A stretch of 20,485 nucleotides of DNA from Octopus sinensis. Taxonomy: Eukaryota. Under the pieces are notes generated by a model that was not told the origin of the DNA, ran no database searches, and saw only the letters and a program-made list of their open reading frames with translations. Shown piece by piece: positions 1 to 9,944 of this stretch (the stretch's first letter is position 1; each line of letters opens with the position of its first letter). The translations under genes and the position numbers were made by a program. The stretch spans positions 1 through 20,485 of the forward strand of contig NW_021823975.1 of assembly GCF_006345805.1 (NCBI RefSeq). Direction: 5' to 3'.

Positions 1-105
1 AACGTAAAACACCCTTTCTTTCCTTCCTTCTGTGAGCGTCTTATTAACAATTTGCATGTACCATGTTGTTGTTTTTCTTATCTTTTTTGGCCATTTTTTA
101 TTAAT
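1..105 (+). mobile_element. Penelope-like element (PLE) terminal fragment, cut by the window edge
   Basis: aacgtaaaacaccctttctttccttccttctgtgagcgtc...ttaatta resembles the reverse complement of 4069-4180, the sequence directly after a GAAAC hammerhead core. The core itself would lie just outside the window. Confidence 0.5.
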
Positions 106-256
<151 letters not shown>

Positions 257-296
257 GAGAATAGAATCATTTTTAAGGTATCAATTTCTTCTGTTA

Positions 297-1567
297 CGAG
301 GGGCGTTCAATAAGTAATGCCCCTGACCCACTTCCCATAGCAGTAGAGCAACGAAACTTGGCACAGTTATTAGTCTTTTTCTACATAGGAACCATCCAGA
401 GTTACGCATTTCTCCCATCGTTTGATGCGGCTCTGGAGACCGTTTTTGTAGAAGAACCCAGCTTGGTCCTCCAACTTCAACGTGACTTCAGAAATCAAGG
501 CTGCATCATCTGGGAAACACTTTCCTTTCAAAAACAACTTCATGATTGGGAAGAGGTGAAAATCAGAGGGTGCAAGGTTAGGAAAGTAGGGGGATGGGGA
601 GGAGTTCATAGCCATACGCCTGTGCTTCTGATCTGGCGACAAGCGAGTTGTGGACCGGAGCGTTGTCCTGCAGGAGGAGGATGCCTTTGCTGATCTTGCC
701 CCGCCTCTTGATTTTGATAACTTCTCTTAATTTCCTCAAAAGTGAAGCATAATAGGCTCCTGCAATTGTGGTACCCTTTGCCAGGAAATCTGTCATCACT
801 ACTCCGTCCTGGTCCCAGAAGACTGTGAGCATGACCTTGCCAGCGGAGGGCTGCACCCTTGCCTTCTTTGGAGGGGGTGAGTCACGGTGCTTCCACTGCA
901 TTGACTGCGCTTTGGTCTCTGGATCATCGTGATGGACCCAGGTTTCATCCTGTGTAATCAGTCTTTTGAAAAATTTTGTCTCAAATTCACCCTCGAGCAA
1001 TCGACGCGTTCTTGCTTCTGGAAAGGTGTGAGCAACTTGGGAATCCATCTGGCAGACACCTTTTGCATATGCAAATGGTCATGAATGATAGTTTCCACAG
1101 ACCCGGTACTAATCTTGACCTCATGGGCTATTTGGCGAATAATTATGCGTCGATCTTCCAAAATGGCAGCCTCAACTTGACGGACAGATGCCTCATCAAT
1201 GGCAGAAGGGGGCGACCAGATCTGGGAGCTGTTTCCACAGAGTTCCGACCATGTTTGAATTCACGATGCCAGCGTTTTACAAGGTCATATGATGGGGCAT
1301 CATCACCATAAGTTACTTTCATTTCATCAAAAGTCTTCCGTGGTGTGCGTCCTTTCAAATACAAAAACCGGATCACTGCTCGACACTCAACAGGCTCCAT
1401 TTCACACTTGACTCGGTTCAAACACCTGTAAATCAGAAACCACAATTAATTCAGAGCTGTAATTTGCCACTTACTCTATAGAGATATAAATGATTGCACA
1501 TGCAAAATTTCAGCTAGATCAAACAACTGCAAGTTGGTCAGAGACATTACTTATTGAACGTCCCTCG
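297..1567 (-). mobile_element. Mariner (Tc1/mariner, DD34D) DNA transposon, full length (1271 bp)
   Basis: 37-bp TIRs: left 297-333 cgaggggcgttcaataagtaatgcccctgacccactt; right 1531-1567, reverse complement cgagggacgttcaataagtaatgtctctgaccaactt (4 mismatches). TA duplication at 295-296 and 1568-1569. Confidence 0.97.
370..1400 (-). pseudogene. Frameshifted mariner transposase
   Basis: ATG at 1400 (MEPVECRAVIRF). HTH region and GRP motif, ARWIPKLL (WVPHEL-like), catalytic DETW and QDNA, and YFPNLAPSDF (YSPDLAPSD-like). 34 residues lie between the 2nd and 3rd Asp once the frame is restored. Frame breaks near 1210, about 985 and about 595; stop at 370. Confidence 0.93.
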
Positions 1568-1919
1568 TAAGTTTAATTTCTCCACCTTTTCTGCCATTTT
1601 CAGCATATTTCTGCTTTCCTCTTTGAAGAATTGCCTCTTTCTGAATTCTCTCTTAATTTCTTAGCTTCCTTTGATCTTTGTTTATCTCTCAGCCTTCATC
1701 TCTAACTAAATCAATCCTTCTGTGCATAACTTTTCACCTGCCATTTTATTCCTTAAATCTGGGTTTCTTTTCCATTGTCTCAATTTCTTTCCATGCAATA
1801 ACACAACTTTTCTATTCGACGTTCACAGCTAAAGGATAAAGACTTAAAGATTTATATTTATACACATCATGACAATTCATTTTACTAACCTGGAATTTTA
1901 CCATTTATTGATTTTGCAG

Positions 1920-1968
1920 ACTAGAACGTCAAGAAATCGCTGAGGTATCTGGTCAGAAACCCAAACAA
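1920..1968 (+). CDS. Predicted 49-nt coding micro-exon A of an unidentified host gene (x-LERQEIAEVSGQKPKQ; phase 2 in, phase 0 out)
   Basis: TACTAAC branch point 1883-1889, ttttgcAG acceptor (1918-1919), GTAAGC donor at 1969. Only one of three frames is open. Flanks are conserved in a paralogous copy at 20.2-20.5 kb. Confidence 0.7.
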
Positions 1969-2432
1969 GTAAGCTTTTGTTTTTTAATCTTAAAATATTC
2001 TTGAATAGTTCTGAATTGGGATGAATGATTTCTTGAGAATTTCATCAAAGGATTTGCTTAAAATGAACGCTGTATATTCTGTTTATGAATAATTTCATAA
2101 ATTTTCTCACATTGATACGACTGGTTGCTATCTTTTATACTGGTAGACCAAGCTATTATTCTTCAGACTGGTAGAGCTATCTGCAATTTTTGAAGAAGGT
2201 AGAACTCTATTTTATCTCTTTTTGGTAGATCCAGCTACTAAATTCTATATATTTATTTCAGGCTTCCATTTTGTTATATTATTACAGCCAGTGTGGTGGT
2301 TTTCATTTTAATATCACGGGGGACAATTTTTAATATTAGAAAAAAACAGCTTCTATATATCATATTATTAGAGATGAAAAGAATCATCGTATTATATGTC
2401 AAACCAGTAGAACCAGTTTCTAAATTCCCCAT

Positions 2433-2434
<2 letters not shown>

Positions 2435-2469
<35 letters not shown>

Positions 2470-2533
2470 TGTATGTATGTATGTATGTATGTATGTATGT
2501 ATGTATGTATGTATGTATATGTGTATGTATATG

Positions 2534-2609
<76 letters not shown>

Positions 2610-2632
2610 ATATATATTATATATATATATAT
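2435..2632. repeat. Compound microsatellite (TATG)n(TATC)n(TA)n
   Basis: Directly visible; forms the left flank of the LINE. Confidence 0.98.
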
Positions 2633-2635
2633 TAA

Positions 2636-3931
2636 GATGACACCCAGCATGGATTTCGACCAGGTAGAGGCTGCCTAACACAGCTCCTGCAACACTATGA
2701 CTGGGTGTTGAAACAGCTACTAAATGGCTCAAATGTGGATGTAATATATCTTGACTTTGCAAAAGCCTTTGATAAAGTCGACCATGGTATGATCTGTCAC
2801 AAACTGCGTGGTCTCGGCATAGGCGGGAAACTTGGAGAGTGGCTGCACAACTTCCTAAAAGACAGAAAACAGGCAGTTGTGAGCAATGGAGCCACCTCCA
2901 GGGAAACGCAAATAACAAGCGGTGTCCCACAGGGCACTGTCTTGGGGCCACTGATGTTCATAGTGGCCCTTTCAGACATGCCTTCAGTTGCTACGATGAC
3001 CACCCTTGCTAGCTATGCAGATGACACAAAGGTCTCCCACGCAATACAAAACCCTGAAAATATTGCGCATCTGCAACATGAGCTGGACACAATATACAGG
3101 TGGGCTGAGGACAACAACATGCAGTTTAATGCAGGTAAGTTCCAGGCCCTGCGCTACTGGCACACAAAGGTAAATGACGTGAAGACTGGATACACTGGCC
3201 CAGGAAGAATTGCAATCCCTGAGTCAAAATCAGTGCGTGACCTGGGCATTGACATGAGCAATGATGCATCTTTCCAAATGCATATTGCTACTCTGGTGAT
3301 AAAATGCAGACGGCTAGCTGGATGGATTCTCCGAACTTTCAGAACAAGAGAGAAGGAGACACTGATGGTCCTATGGAAAACATTTGTCCTCAGCCGCTTG
3401 GACTACTGCTCCCAACTTTGGTCACCACACAATATAAAACAAACAGCAGAACTCGAAGCAACTCAGAGAAGCTACACAAAGAAAATCGTCTCAATGCAAA
3501 ATGTCAGCTACTGGGAAAGACTGAAGGTATTAAACCTCTTCTCCCTGGAGCGGAGGCGGGAGAGATATGCAGTAATATACATCTGGAAAATCCTGGAGGG
3601 TCTTATCCCAAACTTTGGCATTCAAAGTTACTCCAACCGCAGAACGGGGCGCCGCTGCGTGGTGCCAAGGATTCCAACATCACCATCAAAATACAGGTCC
3701 AGATACTGCAACAGCTTGGGTTTCAGAGGACCACAGCTTTTCAACATCCTCCCTAAATGCCTGAGAGACTTACATGGTGTGGATGTGGGTTTCTTTAAAA
3801 CTAAACTGGATCTCTTCTTGTTGGGAGTCCCAGATGAACCTACCTCACGACAGGAGACACGGATGCGGGCAGCAGCATCGAACTCCCTTGTTGATCAAGT
3901 GCCACGTATCAGAGGTGGATTCACAAACTAG
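2636..3931 (+). CDS. C-terminal part of LINE ORF2 (reverse transcriptase and C-terminal domain); no start, 5' truncated
   Basis: Uninterrupted frame extending upstream of the listed GTG to 2636 (DDTQHGFRPGRGCLTQLL). Motifs YLDFAKAFDKVDH, GVPQGTVLGP, YADDTK, LDYCSQLWSP, LERRRER. Confidence 0.9.
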   Translation, partial: DDTQHGFRPGRGCLTQLLQHYDWVLKQLLNGSNVDVIYLDFAKAFDKVDHGMICHKLRGLGIGGKLGEWLHNFLKDRKQAVVSNGATSRETQITSGVPQGTVLGPLMFIVALSDMPSVATMTTLASYADDTKVSHAIQNPENIAHLQHELDTIYRWAEDNNMQFNAGKFQALRYWHTKVNDVKTGYTGPGRIAIPESKSVRDLGIDMSNDASFQMHIATLVIKCRRLAGWILRTFRTREKETLMVLWKTFVLSRLDYCSQLWSPHNIKQTAELEATQRSYTKKIVSMQNVSYWERLKVLNLFSLERRRERYAVIYIWKILEGLIPNFGIQSYSNRRTGRRCVVPRIPTSPSKYRSRYCNSLGFRGPQLFNILPKCLRDLHGVDVGFFKTKLDLFLLGVPDEPTSRQETRMRAAASNSLVDQVPRIRGGFTN

Positions 3932-4005
3932 TGTGGCTCATTCAGCGGTGGTGCCCCAGCATGGCCGCGGCCTTCGGGCTAAAACATTTTTAAGGATTTA
4001 AGGAT
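2636..4005 (+). mobile_element. 5'-truncated CR1-group (CR1/L2-like) LINE with 3' UTR and tttaagga tail repeats
   Basis: RT-coding frame followed by a short 3' UTR with a gcc-TTCG-ggc hairpin (3970-3979) and the tail tttttaaggatttaaggat. (TA)n lies on both sides. Confidence 0.9.
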
Positions 4006-4024
4006 ATATATATATGTATGTATG

Positions 4025-4068
<44 letters not shown>
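4006..4068. repeat. (TA)n/(TATG)n microsatellite
   Basis: Directly visible. Confidence 0.97.
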
Positions 4069-4072
<4 letters not shown>

Positions 4073-4275
4073 ATCCAAACATGAAAACACAAACATAAAA
4101 TACAACAACGCGAGGACGTGGAACATGTAGAGTATTATTGGACGCCCAAGAAAGAAGGAAAGAAGAAGGGTTTAACGTTTCGAGCGGAGCACTTCGTCAG
4201 AACCATACGAAAAGGAAAGATCCAAAGAAGGGAAGACGGAGGAAAAAGAATCTCCAACGGTGCATACACGGTCAT
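4069..4275 (-). mobile_element. Penelope-like element terminal (pLTR-type) fragment
   Basis: Contains ctgacgaagtgctccgctcgaaacgtta on the minus strand, a PLE-type minimal hammerhead; homologous to 1-105. Confidence 0.6.
4169..4204 (-). ncRNA. Minimal type I hammerhead ribozyme motif
   Basis: Minus strand: GGUU-CUGACGA-A-GUG cuccg CUC-GAAA-CGU-UA^AACC. Stem I GGUU/AACC; stem II has one mismatch; stem III is 1 bp within the palindrome AACGUU. Confidence 0.6.
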
Positions 4276-4359
4276 ATATATATATATGTAACATATGGTA
4301 TAATAAACAGGGCAAATTTTAGGCATTTCTCCACAGATTGAAAAAAAAGATAATGAACA

Positions 4360-4402
4360 ACCTTAATTGATTTTCAACCCTTGTTGCGTTCTCATCAGAG
4401 AC
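4360..4402 (-). ncRNA. Degenerate second minimal hammerhead motif
   Basis: Minus strand: GUCU-CUGAUGA-G-AACGC AACAA GGGUU-GAAA-AUCAAU-UA^AGGU. Stem II AAC/GUU; stem I GUCU/AGGU includes wobble pairs. Confidence 0.45.
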
Positions 4403-4547
4403 ATCCACATCATTCTGACAGTGTCCAGAAAACAAGCAGCCAAACTGTTTCTATACTCAACAAATGCTGCAGTTACTCTATGTAAGGGTCTCTAATTTGC
4501 ATACCGAAAGTATTTGACATTATAAGTACCAGTGGCCAGTCAAAGGG

Positions 4548-4573
4548 TATGTATGTATGTATGTGTATATATA

Positions 4574-4660
<87 letters not shown>

Positions 4661-4680
4661 TGTGTGCGCGTGTGTGTGTT
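4548..4680. repeat. Compound microsatellite (TATG)n(TA)n(TG)n(AG)n
   Basis: Directly visible. Confidence 0.97.
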
Positions 4681-4689
4681 TCACCGATC

Positions 4690-4800
4690 ACAGGACTTTC
4701 GGCTTCATGGAAGAGACTGAATGTTGATCTCAGAATCTTGGACAACATGGAGGAGATTACATGGGATCAAGATGACTGGCGATATGCACAACTGGATGCT
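4690..4800 (+). mobile_element. Probable RTE-clade LINE C-terminal remnant
   Basis: Translation SWKRLNVDLRILDNMEEITWDQDDWRYA resembles the RTE C-terminal pattern (W...DL..L......DR..WR); recognised from memory. Confidence 0.4.
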
Positions 4801-5430
4801 TCACTCAGTTTCCCTCCTTTTCAAGACACTCACCACCACCCATCGCCTACCTAACACCAGTTCTTCCATGCCACTGTTTTTCTACCCAGAATCATTTCAC
4901 AATTTATCCACCCTTCATCCTTCATTACTGTTCTCTCCACCCATACTTTCAATCCTCGCCCCTTCCCCAACCCTTCCGTACCTCCAATTTATCTCCCCTC
5001 ACCCACCACCACTCACTTTTCTCATACACTGTGCATTCCTATTTCTCTCCCCCATCCACTCCTCCAACCTACCCAACAACGTGTCACCTCTCTCACTCTT
5101 CCTTCTCCTTTTTACAATATCACCATTTCTTTTCTGTGGTTCTGCATTAAAAGATATTCCCTACTCCCCACTCATCCTACCCACTTCGTACTGTCAATGT
5201 TCACCCTGACGCCTCATCACACCTATCTTTTTTTTTAACTCTCTTGCTCCATCTGATCACCTCCATCCTCTCTTCTAAAATACGAAAGGTCATCTTACTC
5301 CTTTATAACAGCAAACTCCTGCTGCTCCGACCCTTTTCTCTCATACTTTACTCCTTTCTACTCCTTCTCCTCGCTTAAACTTGCTCCACCTTGGTGTTTA
5401 TAATCTTGTAAGAAACATGGTAACCCCACT

Positions 5431-5981
5431 TATGCTGATGGAATGAAAATTACACCCAGATTATGTTGAAATGTGGCATTATGGTGTATTAAACATGCCA
5501 AAGCACACAGGAGCACGATTCCAGCCCGGAACAGGATGACTTTGACGATAATGTTGATGCTCATAATGGGGAGAAGGGGGATACAGTATACCACTGTATC
5601 GACCAGATTATTATTATGCTGATGGAATGAAAATTACACCCAGATTATGTTGAAATGTGGTATTATGGTGTATTAAACATGCCAAAGCACACAGGAGCAC
5701 GATTCCAGCCCGGAACAGGATGACTTTGACGATAATGTTGATGCTCATAATGGGGAGAAGGGGGATACAGTATACCACTGTATCGACCAGATTATTATTA
5801 TGCTGATGGAATGAAAATTACACCCAGATTATGTTGAAATGTGGTATTATGGTGTATTAAACATGCCAAAGCACACAGGAGCACGATTCCAGCCCGGAAC
5901 AGGATGACTTTCACGATAATGTTGATGCTCATAATGGGGAGAAGGGGGATACAGTATACCACTGTATCGACCAGATTATTA
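5431..5981 (+). repeat. Three head-to-tail copies of a 184-bp unit
   Basis: The unit start tatgctgatggaatg occurs at 5431, 5615 and 5799; I saw only 2 internal substitutions between copies. Confidence 0.97.
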
Positions 5982-6539
5982 AATGCTGCTATACTTCGCT
6001 ACGGACTGGTCACAGTGAGCTCTTTCTTGATTGCATGATTCTTGTCCATTTTGACCCCAATTTTTGAACTAAATAATGTTCTCATAGTCATGGAGGCCTT
6101 CTGTGTGGCCCTGTCCAGTCTGTCGGATATCACTCAGCAGCTGTGTTGGATTGGTGCATCGCCAACAAGGGACGATGGTCAAATGTGTTGCTATGATTTA
6201 GGAGAAATAAACAAGCAACAAAAATATCACTGAGAGAGAAAGAGAGAGAGAGAGAGAAATACAATTATCACTATAAGTGGGCGCGGGGGAGAAAGAGAAA
6301 TGTTATAATATCGGAATTTCAACTTTTCGTAAAAAGAGGACTGTTTTTGCAGGGAAAAAACATAAAAAGGAATTAGTTCAACTTACATGAAGACAATTTA
6401 CCGGGTGTTCTATCGGTATAAACGTCTTCAGCAGCATGTTTCCGTATATATATATATATATTATATATATATATATAAACGAATGAGTGGACAAACAAAA
6501 GGAGGGCCCTCAATCAATTTATTGAGAGTTACATATATC

Positions 6540-6689
6540 AATCAGAACAGTTTGATTCAAATTCGTTGGTACTTTTGAGTTTCAAACGCGATGCTGGTCG
6601 TCAGCCATTTTGAATTTGAGTTCAAATTCAAAATGGATAACGACTTGCATCGCGCTTAAATCTCAACGAATTTGAATCAAACTGTTTTG

Positions 6690-6692
<3 letters not shown>
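6540..6692. repeat. About 150-bp imperfect palindrome (foldback/MITE-like)
   Basis: Perfect 15-bp arms ccattttgaatttga (6605-6619) and tcaaattcaaaatgg (6622-6636). Pairing continues outward through cgcgatgc/gcatcgcg and aacagtttgattcaaattcgttg/caacgaatttgaatcaaactgtt. Confidence 0.9.
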
Positions 6693-6759
<67 letters not shown>

Positions 6760-6775
6760 ACACACACACACATAC
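6693..6775. repeat. (CT)n(CA)n microsatellite
   Basis: Directly visible. Confidence 0.97.
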
Positions 6776-7384
6776 ATATTGTTCGGGATTATGGGTTTGT
6801 TTTGGGGTTTGTGTATGTATGTGTACGTGTCTATATGCATATATACACGTGTATATTTCCTTAGGTGGATAGATAAATCATTTGTTTGACCGCACATTAC
6901 AGGTTGACGCTCCACCTACCAACCTCCCCAATGACACATCTCAAGCCACGTCTGGTTCCTAGTGGTTTAGTATCCCTAAAATATGATTCACTTAATTACT
7001 CCTTATCTATAACCCTACTGCGCCTTTGTGATCCGATGTGACTCTTGTCTTGTTCCTCGCCTCTTCTCTAATTTCGTCAGAGAATTCTACTGACATCCTT
7101 TTCTATCGGTCTTTTGATGACTCTAACTCCTTCCTTATACCAATGCTTTCCTTCTTGTCATTATTTATAATACTAAGTCACTGTGGGTGCCCACCCCATC
7201 TCACTCTCCAAACTCACATTAGTTCACATACATTTCCTGGAAATTTAAATACGCTGCTAGCTTGTGGTTTCTTGCTGTTTCAACTTTCTGTCTCTTAGGT
7301 CGATCACATTTACCGTATTTAAGAATCAATACAGAAATTGTTTTACGCATCAAGAATATGTAGAATACTGATTTAAAAACTTTC

Positions 7385-8075
7385 TGCAGTCCTATGCAAA
7401 ATCAATGGGCACTACAAGCTGAGAAAGAATGGACCTCGTCTCACCTCTTATGGCTGATTTAAAACTTTTCGCAAACAGCAGAGTCTGAAAAGGAAAGGCT
7501 GGTATTGAGGCTGTGCAAATGTGCAACATGGCTATAGGGACGGAAGTAGGTATCTCGAAGTTTTCGGTGCTTACTTTGAAGCGGGAGAAAAGAGTAAAAT
7601 GTAGGGGCAAAGAATTGCCAAACGGGGAGAGAATGCGCATTACTGTTTCTTCGCGGACTCTCGTTTATACATCAACAATTATTATAAATACGAAAGAAAC
7701 GTCAACACATTCCATGGGCGGTGTTCTGCGGAAAAGTAAACGCTGTAAAGAATGACCCATAGCAAAACCAGCCAATAGAAAGTTACTTGAAGCAATCAGT
7801 TGTTGAAAAATAATGGTGATGACGATGGTGAAAAGGAAAGTCTGAAAAGGAAAGGCTGGTATTGAGGCTGTGCAAATGTGCAACATGGATATAGGGACGG
7901 AAGTAGGTATCTCGAAGTTTTCGGTGCTTATTTTGAAGCGTGGGAAAGAGTAAATTGTATGAGTATAGGAGGGCCAAACTGAGAGAGAATGGAAGACCCG
8001 GATGCTGATGGGTACAAGTAATTTGGGATCCTGGAGCTGGACAATATATTGCACAAAAAAATGAAGAACAAGGTC
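7385..8075 (+). mobile_element. Decayed R4/Dong-like non-LTR RT fragment (domains about 5-7) with an internal direct duplication of about 125 bp
   Basis: SHLL-MADLKLF (LFMDDLKL-like), IGTEVGISKFSVLTLKR..ELPNGERM, then MEDPDADGYK*LGILELDNI (YKYLG-like). The segment at 7482-7605 is repeated at 7839-7962. Confidence 0.8.
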
Positions 8076-8079
8076 GTCG

Positions 8080-9940
8080 CTGCATATTTGATGAAAATAA
8101 GAGAAATAATCTGTCAATCCTTAATGAAAGTAATAGACAATCAACACTACTAATTAACAAGAAAACAAGAAAAATACTCAATAAATACAAAATTGCAGAA
8201 CAAGGTAGGCCTGAGTTAAAAGAACAGCTGAAGCAAAATATCCTTACCAAAGCACAAAGAATCCGCCAGTATGAGAAACGCCAACATTTCTTGGAACAAA
8301 AGAAAAAGTTCAACTCTAACCCCAAAAGATTCTACCAAGAACTTGGCAAAAATAACTTAGAGATCAATGCAGCAGCACCAGCAGAAATGGAAGAATTTAG
8401 GAAAGAAATATGGTCGTCGATGGAACTACCTCAGAAAATGTCTTTTAAAATAACAAAAACAGCACCTGAACAACTCTGGCCCCTATAACAACTGAAGAGG
8501 TCACCCAGGCACTGAAAAACCTAAACAACTGGAAGGCACCTGGGCACAAGATCCTTAAGTCCTGGTTAAAATACCTGCCAAGAAAACATAAAAGGCTGGC
8601 TGAGAAATTTAATGAAATACTAGCAAAGCCAGAGACAATGACTGAATGGCTCACGGAAGGGAAAACTATCCTAATTCCCAAGTCCTCTGAAACGGTAAAC
8701 CCACAAAATTACAAACAGAATACTTGTCTCTCTGCATCTTACAAAGTCTTTACTTCAATAATATCACAGCGAATGGGTAAGCGTATCGAAGAAAATAGCT
8801 TTTGTTTCCAGAAGAGCAGAAGGGATGTTGCAAGGGCTGTAAAGATCAGCTACTTATCACTAAAGCCATAACTGAAAACAGTCGCAGAAAGAAGAAGGGT
8901 CTAATTATGGCCAGGGTAAGAAACAACAAACGAAAACGAAAGAGAAGATAAGAAAAGAATGCTATAGACGAGTTAGAGTAATACTGAAAAAGAGCTCAAT
9001 GCAAAAAACAAGATAATAGGTATCAACACTCGCCGTCACAGTTACCGTGACAATATTCTTAACTGGACGCTAAATGAACTAATCAAAATAGACTGGAAAA
9101 GAAGAAAAATAGTGACAGAATTTAGGATGCACCACCCAAAATCTGACATTAAAATGTTTTGTATACAACGTATGGAAGGTGGTAGATGCCTTATACAGTT
9201 AGAAAACCTTTACAAAATAACCACCTAGGACTACAGAAATACCTACTTCAGACGCAAGGAAAACTATTACAAATAGCCACAAAAACGATCAAAACCGAAA
9301 AGAGTCGTAGTATCTAACAGGTATGAGGAAAAAGAAGAAAAAACAAACGATATAAAATAACTGAAATCCAAACTAAAACTGGAACAGCAACGGATCATGA
9401 TAAAACGATGGCAAGAAAAGCCTATTATGGCAAATATTGGGTTAAACTAAACGCAAAATAGACAAAGCAAAATCCCAACAATGGCTGAGAAGCTCAGGAC
9501 TCAGAGTAGAGACTAAAGGATTGTTATTTTCAACACAAGACCAAATCTTCCTCAATACACACAGATAGAGAAATTAAGGCTATCAGGTCGGGTATAGTTG
9601 CTAGAGATCATCAATAAAAAAATGCTTTCTACTTGATATATCAATACCAACAGATGACAAAGTTTCTCTAAAATAAATAGAGAAACTATCAAAATGCAAG
9701 AATCTGGCAGTAGAGGTAACACGAATGTGGAATCTAAAAACAGAAACAAATAATTTGTATCACACTAGGTATGATAAAAAGTATTCAGAAAAATGCATAA
9801 GAAAAATACTAGGACTTACAAGTAAATATAAACATAGAAAATAGCACAAATATGAAAATAAGAGGACCACAACAAACCGCAGCACATACCCAAGGTGCTC
9901 AGAGCTATGCTCGGTAGTGCAGTGACAACATGAGATAAAA
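8080..9940 (+). mobile_element. Decayed, internally deleted R4/Dong-like RLE retrotransposon
   Basis: Broken frames give AQRIRQYEKRQ..NSNPKRFYQELG, NNWKAPG, EWLTEGKTILIPK, CLSASYKVFT, YRRVRVILK.ELNAKNKI, MHHPKSDI, WQEKP, WLRSSGL and an RLE-like region, followed by a 3' UTR-like segment. Confidence 0.85.
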
Positions 9941-9944
9941 ATAA

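Noticed and set aside
358-1311. Plus-strand ORFs 358..693 and 976..1311
   Set aside because: Antisense shadows of the mariner transposase.
1572-1810. Purine-rich minus-strand stretch with a coding-like look (KQRSKEAKKLRE)
   Set aside because: Contains stops and no motif I can identify.
2598-3756. ORFs 2598..2951, 2797..3003 and 3304..3756
   Set aside because: Alternative or antisense frames of the LINE RT with no recognisable motifs.
4721-5209. 162-aa P/L/S-rich ORF
   Set aside because: Produced by a pyrimidine-rich low-complexity tract; no domain or splice support.
5431-5981. CRISPR-like array or functional ribozyme in the 184-bp repeat
   Set aside because: Units are identical throughout with no unique spacers, and the context is eukaryotic. 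The hammerhead stems do not pair in this copy, so it is reported only as a possible relic.
7074-7080. CTGACGA on the minus strand
   Set aside because: No appropriately placed GAAA or stems; not a hammerhead.
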